This document shows, one piece after another, positions 37,336-48,204 of a stretch of 64,000 nt of DNA (within the stretch, counting starts at the first letter, position 1; each line of letters opens with the position of its first letter). Origin of the DNA: Mobula hypostoma. Its lineage: Eukaryota. The notes under the pieces are model-generated. The model was given only the letters and a program-made list of their open reading frames with translations. It made no database searches and was not told the origin of the DNA. The stretch lies in NCBI RefSeq assembly GCF_963921235.1, contig NC_086100.1, positions 202,866,001 through 202,930,000 on the forward strand. The letters run 5' to 3'. A program made the position numbers and the translations under genes.

Positions 37336-38075
37336 GCCTGATCCTACACTCTTCCAGGCAATGAATTCTAGATCATGACTGTTCTGAGATGGAAAATGTT
37401 TGTCCTCGTGTTCCCTTTGTACCTGTGTCTAAATTTTTAAAATGTGTACCCTTTGGTCTATGAACCATGTCTTAATGGAAACTATTTCATTTCATTTACT
37501 CTATTTAAACCTGCCATGATTTGTCCAGCTCTTTCAAATATTTGCTCAAATGTTTTTGCTCCATTATCACAAAAACAGAACCAAGAGTAGGGATAGGGTT
37601 AGGCCCACAATGTCTTTACCAACCACGATGCCAATTTAAACCGATCCAATCTACCTGCACATGGTCCACAACCCTAACCCTACACCCTCACCTGGATCAA
37701 GCTGTTGGCTCACTCCTTCTCTTCACGCTGGCTATCTCCTTATTTGGGTGATGGGGTGGAGATACGTCTCTACTAAAGGAGGTGTAAGGCACCCCTTCCC
37801 TCTGCTAGCCTGCAGGTCACCCTTGGGTAAGGTGTGGCACCTGCTTAGCCCCCCAGTTAGAGTCACCTGAAGCTATGGGAGCAGGTGGTGGATGGTCCTA
37901 TGAGCACCTGGTGCGTATCAGAACTCCTGGTTATGCGACCACTGATGCCAGGCAGCCAATTTCTGAAGAGTATCTATTGATAATGGCAGGGGCCACCTGT
38001 CGGTCCAGAAGAAGGCAATGGCAAACCCCTTCTGTCGAAAAATTTGCCAAGAACAATGATTGGCTAAAGACCATG

Positions 38076-39790
38076 GTATAAAAGAATATAAAAGCAAGAA
38101 GATAATGCTGAGCCTTTATAAGACACTAGTTAGGTCACACTTGGAGTATTGTCAACAGTTTTGGGCCCCATATCTCAGAAAGGATGTGTTGTCGTTGGAG
38201 AGAGTCCAAAGGAGATTCATTAGGATGATTCCGGGAATGATCCTAATTCCTCCACTCCAAACTCACCCAGCTGACTGTCTCCCCCTCCATCTGTCAGTGG
38301 ATCACAAGCTTCCTGACTGACAGGGTGCAGCACGTGAGGCTGGGAGCATCATTTCTAGCACCCGGACAATCAGTACCGGTGCCCCCCAGGGATGTGTGCT
38401 CTCCCCACTGCTCTTTTCCCTTTACACTAATGACTGCACCTCACAGGATCCATCTGTTAAACTCCTGAAGTTTGCAGACAACACAACTGTCATTGGCCTT
38501 ATCCGAGAGGGTGATGAGTCTGCATACAGACGGGTGGTGGAACGGCTGGCCCTCTGGTGTGGTCAGAACAATCTGGAGCTAAATACGCTCAACACTGTGG
38601 AGATGACAGTGGACTTCAGGAGGAGCCCCCCAATACTCCCCCCACTCACTATACTCAACAGTATTGTGTCTGCTGTGGAGGCCTTCAGGTTTCTGGGTGT
38701 CACAATCTCCCAGGACCTGAAGTGGACACCCAACGCGGACACTCTTATCAAAAAGGCTCAGCAGAGGTTGTATTTCCTACGTCAACTCAGGAAGTACAAC
38801 CTGCCTCAGGAGCTGCTGATTCAATTCTATTCAGGAATAATCCAGTCTGTTCTCTGTTCGTCCATCACTGTCTGGTTTGGATCAGCTACCAAACAAGACA
38901 AGAATAGACTCCAAAGAACCATCAGGGCTGCGGAAAGGATTATCGGTGTGAAGCTGCCCTCGATCCAGGACTTATATGCATCTAGAGCAGGAAGCGAGCA
39001 AGCAGCATCATTGTAGACCCATCACACCCTGGACATCACCTGTTCCAACTCCTTCCTTCTGGTAGGCGCTTTAGATCACTGTATGCCAGGACAAATAGGT
39101 ACAAGAATAGTTTCTTTCCGTATGCCATCAGTCTTATGAACACTTGAATTGTAGTCTATTATAAACCAAGTCCACCTGTACATACACAGGTATACCTCAT
39201 TGTATATAGTTCATGATTATTTGCACTATTGTTTTGTTTGCTTTTTGATTCTGTACAGCGAGAGCTCAGGGAAACCGGCATCAGATTCCCTTGACGTGTC
39301 CACATACTTGGCAATAATAAAGGATTCTGATTCTGATTCTGATGAGGGGGTTAACCTATGAGGAGCGTATGGTAGCTTTGGGCCTGTACTCACTGGAATT
39401 TAGAAGAAGGCGGAGGGATCGCATTGAAACCTACTGAATGTTGAAAAGACTAGATATAGTGGATGTGGAGAGAATTTTTTCTATGGTGGGGGTATCCAGA
39501 ACTAGAGGGCACAGCCTCAAAATTGAGGGGTGTCGTTTTAGTACGGAGTTGAGGAGAATTTCTTTAGCCAGAGAGTGGTGAATCTGTGGAATGCTCTGCC
39601 ACGGGCTGTGGTGGAGTTCAAGTCCGTGGGTATATTTAAAGGGGAAGTTGATCGTTCCCTGATCGGTCAGGACCTCAAAGGATATGGTGAGAGGTGGTTG
39701 TGTGGGTTTGAGTGGGATTGGGGATCAGCCATGATGGAATGGTGAGGAAGGCTCGATGGGCTGAATGGCCTAGTTCTGCTCCAATGTCTT
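38076..39790 (+). mobile_element. CR1 3' fragment, split by a Rex1-like LINE
   Basis: LYKTLVRSHLEYC..RRFIRMIPGM stops at ~38240 and resumes at ~39343; CR1 tail at ~39790. Confidence 0.8.
38241..39342 (+). mobile_element. Rex1/Babar-like LINE 3' fragment with (GATTCT)n tail
   Basis: GAPQGCVLSPLLFSLYTNDC, KFADNTT, KKAQQRLYFLRQL (ORF 38396-39016); aataaaggattctgattctgattctga. Confidence 0.85.
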
Positions 39791-39844
39791 ATGATCGCCC
39801 ACATCATACAACATCTCACATAACGATGGTCTCTCCTTGTGTCT

Positions 39845-40605
39845 TTCAATGCAGATGAATGTTTTCAAACCAAAACCTTGACAATCTATTTTCATCCATG
39901 GGTACAGCATGACTCATTAAGTTCTTCCAGCATTTTATGTTTCTTCAAATTTCATTATCTGCAAGCTCTTGTGTCTTTATCAAGCCATTGCATTCCTCTT
40001 ATCATGTCAGTATATCAGTTCACCCCCTCAGCCTCCAAAAACTCCACAGACAAAACACTCCATGGCCTCCTCTACTGCTGCAATGAGGTCACACAAGGAG
40101 CAACACCTTGTATTCCATGTGGGTAGCTTCCAGCATGAAGATTGATTTCTTAGACTTCCCGTAATTGCCTTCCACCAACTCTCCCCCCCACTTCACCATT
40201 CCCCATTCCTGTTTCCATCTCTCACCTTATATCCTTACCTGCCCATCACCTCCCTCTGGTGCTCCTCCCCCTTCCCTTTCTTCCATGGTCTTCTACCCTC
40301 TCATATCAGATTCCTCTTCTCTAGTCCATTATCTCTTTCAGCAGTCGACTTCCCTGCTCTTTACTTCGCCCCTGACCCCTCTGCCGGTTTCATCTGTCAC
40401 CGCGAACACGTTGTTCTTCTTCCTCCCCTCCCCCACTTGCTTTCTCTGACCTGATCTTTTTTTTCCCAGTCCTGATGAAGGGTCTTGACCCGAAACATCA
40501 AGTGTTTACTCGTTTCTGTAGATGCTGCCTGGCCTGCTGAATTCTTCCTGCATTTTGTGTGTGTGTTGCTTGGATTTCCAGCATCTGCAGATTTTCTTGT
40601 ATTTG
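39845..40605 (+). mobile_element. Penelope 3' remnants with terminal repeat(s)
   Basis: catggcctcctctactgc..gaggagcaacacc matches 19075-19130; pyrimidine-rich 3'UTR; terminal repeat 40467-40605; a more decayed one at ~39850-39975. Confidence 0.75.
40467..40505 (+). ncRNA. Minimal type I hammerhead ribozyme motif, partly decayed
   Basis: cagtc-CTGATGA-a-GGGTC tt GACCC-GAAA-c-ATC-aagtg; core boxes and stem II intact, stems I and III mismatched. Confidence 0.65.
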
Positions 40606-40889
40606 TGACAGAGACAATAATCCAAGTTTGTTCAACCTTCAACAAGCATCCTAGTCAACTTTTTCTGCACCATCTTCACAGCCTTCACGTCCTTCCTATA
40701 ATGTGGTGACCAGAACTGGACATGATGCTCCAAATGTGGCCTGACCAAATTTTGTGCAGCAGCAACATGACTTCCTTTTTATATATGACTTTCTAAAATT
40801 GACCACCTGACACTTGTCTGGATTAAATGTCGGACATATCTCCTACATTGCCATCTGATCTATATCCTGCTGAATCCTTTGGCAACCTT

Positions 40890-41505
40890 AGAGTTATAAA
40901 ATTATGGTAAGGATAGGGAGCAACATCTCTACTTTATTCTTAACATTGGCACCCACAAGGCTGTGTAATAAGTTCCCTACTCTACTCCCTATGCACTGAC
41001 TGTATAGCCAGATTCTATTCTAACTCCATCTGCAAGTTTGCACTGTCGTGGGTTGGATCTCAAATAATTGAGTTGGAGTACAAGAAGGAGATAGACAGCT
41101 TAGTGACATGGTGTCAAGACAACAATCTTTTCCTCAATGTCGGCAAAGAGTTGGTCATTGACTTCAGGAAGAAGGTAATGTATAGTTCAGGTTCCTACTT
41201 ACATTGAAGGTACTGAGGTCGGGAGGATTTGGAGCTTCAGGTTTCTAGGAATAAACATCACTAATAACCTGATGCAATGACCAAGAAAGCTCATCAATGC
41301 CTTTAGTTAATCAGGAGGCTAAAGAAATTTAGCATATAACTTTTAATCCTCACCAATCTGGACGGATCATGGCCTGGTACGGCCGTTACCCTGCCCATGA
41401 CTACAGTAAACTGCAGAGTTGTACACATAGCTGACATATTGGTAACCAGCCTCCTCTTAATGGACTCTTGTTTACACTTTTCACTTCCTCAGTAAAGCAT
41501 CCAGT
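40890..41505 (+). mobile_element. Highly decayed Rex1/Babar-like fragment
   Basis: ggcacccacaaggctgtgt, tggtgtcaagacaacaatctt..aagagttggtcattgacttcagg and aagaaagctcatcaatgcc parallel the 38241 element. Confidence 0.6.
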
Positions 41506-42082
41506 TAACCTCATACGTTAACCCTTCCATTTTCTTTTTTTTTAATTTTATTTTTATTTGGATAAGGAATTCACAATTATCATGTACTTTTTTCATACAT
41601 ATAACCTTTTCCATTTTTTATATGTATAAAACTACAATTATTTATACATTCTTAAGTACACATTGAGATGATATAAAAGGAAAATAAACATTTAAATAGA
41701 TAATTATGTACTGTGGTAAATCTAACCTATTAGGCTAAGTAATGAAATTAGTTGTTAAGAAAAATGGTAATAATAGTTTCCATACAACCCTTCTGGACCA
41801 TTTCCACTGGTCCAAAATGTTGCATACAAGCCTATATACCAACCATTGTAGGTGTTTATATCCCAATTTGTTCGTGCTTGTTCCTGCCCGCAGACATAAT
41901 TATCCAATCCCTATGTACTTATTTACTTAATTTTTTCATTTTTTTTATCCCTTTCCCAAATCTTTCCCTTTACTTGTGTTAATTCTCTATTTTCCAAAAA
42001 AAACCAAACATTTAGACTAGGGGTGCTTACGTTAGCAATATAACTGTGTTGATGAGAAGAGCAATATAAATCATTAGGAGAG

Positions 42083-45000
42083 TCATCTAAAGTCTGCTCG
42101 CATTGGGGTTATATATTCAATCCATTTATTCCAGATTTGATAAAATGTTTCTTTTTGAGTTCTCAGGGAGTAAGTCAACTTTTCCATTTTAAATATTTCC
42201 AAGATAATTTCGTACCAATCTTCTAATGTAGGTGGTATTGGATTTAGCCATTTTCTAGTGATTGATTTCTTACTTGCCGCTAAGAGGGCCTGCAGCAACT
42301 TTATATCTTCCTTCTGTTCAAGGAACAATACGTGCCCCAAATAGAGCGTCTCAAAGTTCAGAGGTATCTGGGACCTAAGTACCTTAACTAATGTTCTATG
42401 AATACCTTCCCAAAATAGACTTAATTTAGGGCAATCCCAGAAAATATGAAAATGATTTGCCTCCTTGGAGCCGCACCTTCTCCAACACATCACATTTGTA
42501 TCTTTATATTTTTCCTGATATGGGGTCTTGAAGTATCTTATAATGTTTTTCCAACAATGTTCTCTCCAAGTCAAAGAATTAGTCGAGGACCATTGAAAGC
42601 TGCAGATTTTCCCCCAAGCCTCCTCTGAAAGTACCAACCCCGCTTCTTTCTCCCACTTCTCTTTAATATACAGTGTATTTACATTTTTAGCATGGGAGAG
42701 TGCATTATATAGGCGAGAAACTGATTTACTAGGTATTGAACTGCAAGCCGAATTCAGAATCTTGAAAAATTCTAATTCTACTGTTGATAGGTCTGTATAT
42801 CTACAACTCTGGTTAACATAGTTTCGTATTTGAAGGTACCTAAAAAAGTCATTATGTTCTAGGCCATGTTTGTCCTGCAGGATTTGGAAACTTTGTAATA
42901 CTCTTTTATCTATAAATGAGAGGTAGGTTGTAAGACCTTTCTTTATCCATAGCTCAAATCTTTTATCTCCTCTGTTGGGAAGGAATTCGGTATCATATGC
43001 ACACCATCTAAAGAGTTTTAACATGTTATTAATTCCACATGAATTAACCACCTTCTGCCATACTTTTAATGTAAGATTTATCCAAGCATTATTAAATTTT
43101 TCCAACTGGGCCATCAATCCTTTGTCAGTTATTGAGGCCTGAAGAGGAAAACTGTCAACGAATCCAAATTCTATTTCCTTCCATCTAGCCTTATATTCCC
43201 TATTACACCAATATAACAGAGGGGTTATCTGTGAGGCATAAAAATAATTTCTCAGGCAAGGAAGAACCATACCTCCTCCTTCCTTCCCTAACTGTAAGGT
43301 GTTATATCGAATTCTAGGTTTCCTTCCTTGCCAAATGAAGCGGGAAATCCATTTGTCCCATTCCCTGAATTGATTATCATCCACCTCCACTGGTAAAGTA
43401 CGGAAAAGATATAATAACCGAGGAAGAATATTCATTTTTATAGTATTTATCCTTGAATTTAAACTTAAAAAGGGGATAAGATTCCATCTATGCATATCTG
43501 CTTTTACCTCTGAGATTAATGGCCCATAATTTACCTGTGACAGTGTTGAAAGATCCTTCGGCAGGGTTATTCCTAAATATTTTAATGATTTAGCTTCCCA
43601 CTTAAGATCGTATGTATCCTGCAATTTTTTGGATGGTGTATAATTTAGGGACATAACCTGCGTTTTCTTTACATTTATTTTATAACCTGATATTTTCCCA
43701 AAGTCATCCAACAGTGTAAACAATCCTATAAATGATTTTTCTGGTTCACTCAGATAGACCAAAACATCATCTGCGAATAACGCCACTTTCTGTTCAATCC
43801 CTGCCACCTTGATACCTTTTACGATTTCGCTCTGTCTTATTAGTTGGGCAAGTGGTTCAATATATAGCGCAAAAAGGAGAGGAGAAATTGGACATCCCTG
43901 TCTAGTGCCTCTCTCTAAAATGAAGGAGTCAGAGAGGTCCCCATTTATCTTAATTCGGGCTGTTGGGCTGTCATACAGAGTCTGAATTACTTTAATAAAC
44001 CTTTCTTGAAAGCCGAATCTTCCTAACACTCTGTATAGGAATGCCCAACTAACCGAATCAAAAGCTTTCTCAGCGTCCAATCCTACTACCATTGTCTCTG
44101 TCTCGTTCTTATTAACCTGTTCTAATATGTGCAGAGTTCTCCTTATGTTGTCCTGTGTTTGTCTTTGTTGAATAAATCCAGTCTGGTCTAAATGGATTAG
44201 GCCAGGTAAAAGCTTTTCCAATCTGCGCGCTAATATAGATGTAAATAGTTTGTAATCTAAATTAAGAACACTAATTGGCCGATAATTGCCACATTCTAAT
44301 TTATCTTTACCCTCTTTAGGAATAACTGAAATAATCGCTTCTCTCCAGGAAGGTGGAGTTTCTCCTCTCTGCAAGATCCAATTAAAGGTGTTAAGTAGTA
44401 ATGGGGCTAACTGTGTCTTCAGGGACTTGTACCACTCTGAGGTAAACCCATCAGAACCCGGGGACTTTCCAGCCTTTAACCTAGAGATGGCCACGTTCAG
44501 TTCTTTGACAGTTACTGGTTCTAATAAACTTTCATTTTGTAAATCTGTAAGTTTAGGTAGATCTAAGAAATTCAATACACTGTCTATATAGGGCTCATTG
44601 GGGGCCCGGGGTTGGGAGTACAGCTCTCGATAATACGTTTCAAAACTCTCTTGAATTTTCCCTATTGTACTCTCCACAAGCTTTGTCTTTGGATTCTTTA
44701 TTTTATGAATTGTATTGTCTGCTTGTTGTTTTCGTAATTTATATGCTAATAATCTAGCTGATTTACCTCCTACTTCATAATTCTTTTGTCTCAGGTAAAG
44801 AAAATTTCTTTGAGTTTCCAACGTATAAATATCATCAATTTCACTTTGCAATTTCCTAATTTCCTGTTTTCGATTTGAATTACTTTTGTTGCTATCTCCA
44901 ACTTGAAGTTGTTTTAATTTTCCTTGAAGGTCTGCTAATTTTTGTGTATTGATTTTTTTCATGTGAGTAGTAATGGAAATAATTTTCCCTCTCAGTACAG

Positions 45001-45871
45001 CTTTCAATGTATCCCATAAAATCACTGGTGATGTTTCTCCCGTGTCATTAAGGTCTAGATATTCTTTGATTTCTCCCCTTAATCTCTCCATTACTTTCGG
45101 GTTATTGAGTATATGTGAGTTTAGCCTCCATAGTGTTTTCCTCATTTTCCTTTCCAGGATTAGAGACATAGAGACTGGGCTATGATCCGACAGATCAATT
45201 GTTGCAATATTACAGTTTTTTATCCTGAGTCTATCTGTATTAAAGATAAAGAAATAGTCTATCCTTGAATAGGCTGAATGAGGGAAAGAGTAATATGTAT
45301 AATCTTTACTAGTAGGGTGTAATTCCCTCCAGACATCTATAATTCCCAACTCCTCCATCAATGAATTCACTTTCCGAGTCAGAGGTTTATTCTGAGTAAC
45401 TATTCTTGAAGAATCTAATATAGGATTTAATCTAATATTAAAATCCCCTCCACAAATTACTACCCCTCGAGAACTGACCATTAGGTCAAAAATGTGTCTA
45501 TAAAATGACCATTCACTACCTGGAGGAGCATAAACATTCAGCAATGTTATTTCTGTACCTTCTATTCTTCCTGTGATTTTTACAAACCGTCCTTCTTTGT
45601 CTCTAGTCTCTGAAATATGTTCATAATTAAGAGTACTTGATATTAAAGTAGCTACCCCTCTTTTGTGACTCAATTTATATGATGAATAAAATACATGCTT
45701 AAAGCCCATTCTTTTTAATTTTCCATGTTCAGATTGGCTCATATGTGTTTCCTGGAGGAAAGCTATCTGTGGCCTCTCTTTTTTCAATTTAGACATAATC
45801 TTATTTCTTTTAATTGGATTCAAAACCCCATTAACATTATAGGAAATTATTTTTACCAATTCAGTTTGCAT
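42083..45871 (-). CDS. L1 ORF2p, 1262 aa (APE endonuclease, reverse transcriptase, C-terminal CCHC)
   Basis: SYNVNG, LQETH, NVYAP, GGDFN, SRIDY, SDH; SPGSDG, YRPIS, LDAEKAFD, GTRQGCPISP, LFADD; CWRRCGSKEANHFHIFWDC. Confidence 0.97.
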   Translation of the reverse strand: MQTELVKIISYNVNGVLNPIKRNKIMSKLKKERPQIAFLQETHMSQSEHGKLKRMGFKHVFYSSYKLSHKRGVATLISSTLNYEHISETRDKEGRFVKITGRIEGTEITLLNVYAPPGSEWSFYRHIFDLMVSSRGVVICGGDFNIRLNPILDSSRIVTQNKPLTRKVNSLMEELGIIDVWRELHPTSKDYTYYSFPHSAYSRIDYFFIFNTDRLRIKNCNIATIDLSDHSPVSMSLILERKMRKTLWRLNSHILNNPKVMERLRGEIKEYLDLNDTGETSPVILWDTLKAVLRGKIISITTHMKKINTQKLADLQGKLKQLQVGDSNKSNSNRKQEIRKLQSEIDDIYTLETQRNFLYLRQKNYEVGGKSARLLAYKLRKQQADNTIHKIKNPKTKLVESTIGKIQESFETYYRELYSQPRAPNEPYIDSVLNFLDLPKLTDLQNESLLEPVTVKELNVAISRLKAGKSPGSDGFTSEWYKSLKTQLAPLLLNTFNWILQRGETPPSWREAIISVIPKEGKDKLECGNYRPISVLNLDYKLFTSILARRLEKLLPGLIHLDQTGFIQQRQTQDNIRRTLHILEQVNKNETETMVVGLDAEKAFDSVSWAFLYRVLGRFGFQERFIKVIQTLYDSPTARIKINGDLSDSFILERGTRQGCPISPLLFALYIEPLAQLIRQSEIVKGIKVAGIEQKVALFADDVLVYLSEPEKSFIGLFTLLDDFGKISGYKINVKKTQVMSLNYTPSKKLQDTYDLKWEAKSLKYLGITLPKDLSTLSQVNYGPLISEVKADMHRWNLIPFLSLNSRINTIKMNILPRLLYLFRTLPVEVDDNQFREWDKWISRFIWQGRKPRIRYNTLQLGKEGGGMVLPCLRNYFYASQITPLLYWCNREYKARWKEIEFGFVDSFPLQASITDKGLMAQLEKFNNAWINLTLKVWQKVVNSCGINNMLKLFRWCAYDTEFLPNRGDKRFELWIKKGLTTYLSFIDKRVLQSFQILQDKHGLEHNDFFRYLQIRNYVNQSCRYTDLSTVELEFFKILNSACSSIPSKSVSRLYNALSHAKNVNTLYIKEKWEKEAGLVLSEEAWGKICSFQWSSTNSLTWREHCWKNIIRYFKTPYQEKYKDTNVMCWRRCGSKEANHFHIFWDCPKLSLFWEGIHRTLVKVLRSQIPLNFETLYLGHVLFLEQKEDIKLLQALLAASKKSITRKWLNPIPPTLEDWYEIILEIFKMEKLTYSLRTQKETFYQIWNKWIEYITPMRADFR

Positions 45872-46216
45872 TTTTCTCTAGTAGAAAAAAAGCACTCTCC
45901 TTTTCTAACCAAACAGTAAGCAATCCCTTCTCAACAGTAAACCAAGACATATAACCACACCCTAGACATTTCTGAACGTATAACATTTGAAAATTTTTCC
46001 CGACTTCCCACAGTGAGGCCTGAGCACCGACCCGCCTCAGTTCAGAGGGATAACCTCTATCTTCACCCTGTGTTAGAGGGCCCTCAGCAGTTTGAATAAT
46101 CATAGAGAATTTTCTCCTATTTATGTCTCGACCATATTGCTATCATTCAAGTTATTCCGCCTAGTTTATTTTCAGTTACCAGTTTTCATTTTACTTTTAA
46201 GTCCGATTTACTCTTT

Positions 46217-47221
46217 TCAGTCATTTCTCTTAATTAATCTGTATTCTCTGTACATTCGCGTTCTGAATATTTGCAGCTTTTCCTTGTAGTTTGACACTCT
46301 GGTTCGAGTGGAGCGTCCTTGCCCCACTAACTGCCACGACTTCTGCCGAATCCTCTCCAGTAGCGACTCCGGTTGGGTGATAACTTTAATAGGTAGTCCC
46401 CGGTCCGCCAGGTCCAACGTTGCCTCCTCCACCGTAGCGTAAGTTTTTGTCCCTTCGTCGTAAAAGACTCTCAGCCGAGCTGGATACAGGGTCTGGAATC
46501 TGATGTTGTTTTCCTTCAGGACTCTCCGTGTTTCCCTATATTCCTTCCGTCTGGCAAGAATCCCCGGTGCGTAGTCGTGGTCTAAACTGATTTTGCAGTT
46601 GTTCCACATGAAACCTTTCTTTTGCCATGCTCTTTTAAGCACCTCTTCGTTCATTCTGTAACTGAGAAATCTGATCAGAATCGATCTGGGCTGGGCGCCT
46701 GCCGGAGGCTGTGGTGCCAACGCGCGGTGAGCCCTTTCTATCTGTAGGTCTTTTGCGGCCGGTATATCAAGGTTCTCTCTAAGCAGCTTCTCCACGAAGG
46801 GAATCATCAATCCGGGTTTACCTTCGGTTCCTTCGGGAACTCCGTAGATCCTCACATTTTCCCTTCTCGAGCGGCCTTCTTGATCTATTAGTTTCCACTG
46901 GAGCTGGTCTTGTAGCTTCAGCATTTCTGCTATCACTTCCTCGGCGTTTTGTAGCTTCTCTTCAATTCCAACAATCCTCGCTTCGGCTTCATCTATCCGC
47001 GAGTTAGTTTTTACTATTTCTCCTTTAATATCTTCCAGCTGTTTGCTGTTACCTTGTCGGAACTCGCGAATCTCTCTGAGAATCAAAGACAGAGTCACCG
47101 ATTCCCCCTCATTATCTCCGTCCTGGCTTGCCGTGGGGGAGCTAGGCCCGTCGCCTTGCTGCATCTCTTTATGTTTATCAGCCTTCGAAGCGGACTTTTT
47201 ATTCTTGTTCTTAGACATCAT
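46217..47221 (-). CDS. L1 ORF1p, 334 aa (coiled coil, RRM, CTD)
   Basis: Heptad-rich region, RSRRENVRIYGVPEG, IERAHR, LYPARLRV. Confidence 0.92.
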   Translation of the reverse strand: MMSKNKNKKSASKADKHKEMQQGDGPSSPTASQDGDNEGESVTLSLILREIREFRQGNSKQLEDIKGEIVKTNSRIDEAEARIVGIEEKLQNAEEVIAEMLKLQDQLQWKLIDQEGRSRRENVRIYGVPEGTEGKPGLMIPFVEKLLRENLDIPAAKDLQIERAHRALAPQPPAGAQPRSILIRFLSYRMNEEVLKRAWQKKGFMWNNCKISLDHDYAPGILARRKEYRETRRVLKENNIRFQTLYPARLRVFYDEGTKTYATVEEATLDLADRGLPIKVITQPESLLERIRQKSWQLVGQGRSTRTRVSNYKEKLQIFRTRMYREYRLIKRND

Positions 47222-48107
47222 CCTTGCCCCTTTTATTAGTATAGTTATGCAATATTAAGTATTTGTCTAAATTCGATTTTGGGGCAGTTTACCTTCTTTT
47301 TTGTCGAGACACCTTTTCCTTACGCCACCATTCCCTTGATGACCCGGAAGTCCTCCCCAACCCTTCCATTTTCAGAGTAATTTTTGTGAACCTCCTCTGG
47401 ACCCTCTCCAATGCTGGTACATATTTTCTTAGAAAAAGGGCCCAAAACTTCACAATCCACCAGGTGTGGTCAGGCCAATACCTTATAATGCCTCAGCATC
47501 ACATCCTTCCTTTTATATTCTAGTCATCTTGAAATGAATACTATTTGCTTTCCTCACCACCAATTCAACCTGCAAGTTAACCTTTAGGGAATTCTGCGCA
47601 ATGACTCCCAAGTCCCTTTGCACTTTGAAGTTTTGAACTTTCTCCTGTTTAGAAAGTAGTCTATGCCTTTATTCCTTCCATTGAAGTGCATGAACACATG
47701 CTTGTCTACACTATATTCCATCTGTCCCTTTATTTGCCCATTCTCCAATTCTGACTAAGTCCTTCTGCAGACTCCTGGCTTCCTCAACACTACCAGCCCC
47801 TCCACCTATCTTTATATTGTCTGCACACTTGGCCATAAAGCCATCAATTCCATCATCCAAATTGTTGATATAATAGCGTAAAAAGAAAGGTCCGAATAGT
47901 GATCCTTGTGGTCTACCACTTGTCATCAGCGGCCAACCAGAATAGGCCTTTTTCATTCCAACTCTTTGCTTCCTGCCAATCAGCCAAGCTTCTATCCATG
48001 CTAGCATTTTTCCTGTAATACCATGGGCTGCCTCACATGTGGCAGCTTATCAAAAGCCTTCTGAAATCTAAATTAACAACATCCACTGACTCTACCTTGT
48101 CTATCTT

Positions 48108-48143
48108 GTCCTGACGAAGGGTCTCGGCCTGAAACGTCGACTG
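48108..48143 (+). ncRNA. Minimal type I hammerhead ribozyme with intact core
   Basis: gtc-CTGACGA-agg gtctcgg cct-GAAA-c-GTC/gac; palindromic ACGT stem III; predicted cleavage after 48138. Confidence 0.85.
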
Positions 48144-48204
48144 TACCTCTTCCTAGAGATGCTGCCTGGCCTGCTGTGTTCACCAGCAACTTTGATGTGT
48201 GTTG
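48109..48204 (+). mobile_element. 96-bp Penelope terminal-repeat mini-insertion with 13-bp TSD
   Basis: TSD cttgtctatcttg at 48096-48108 and 48205-48217; sequence homologous to the Penelope ends at 19466-19550 and 40467-40570. Confidence 0.9.

Larger units (their letters stand above)
37750..39826 (+). mobile_element. RTE-related SINE-like element, split into 37750-38075 and ~39791-39826
   Basis: AGAAGAAGGCAATGGCAAACCCCTTCTGT..TTGCCAAG resembles the RTE/Bov-A/Sauria-type 3' motif; no ORF. Confidence 0.55.
41535..47358 (-). mobile_element. Full-length L1 retrotransposon (5824 bp), both ORFs open
   Basis: Exact 15-bp TSD aacccttccattttc at 41520-41534 and 47359-47373; 5' GGGGAGGACTTCCGG; ORF1; ORF2; AATAAA plus short A tail. 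Confidence 0.97.

Noticed and set aside
37750..38000. HDV-like ribozyme in the RTE-related SINE
   Set aside because: RTE elements can carry one, but I could not fold a convincing nested double pseudoknot by eye; it needs an RNArobo or Infernal search.
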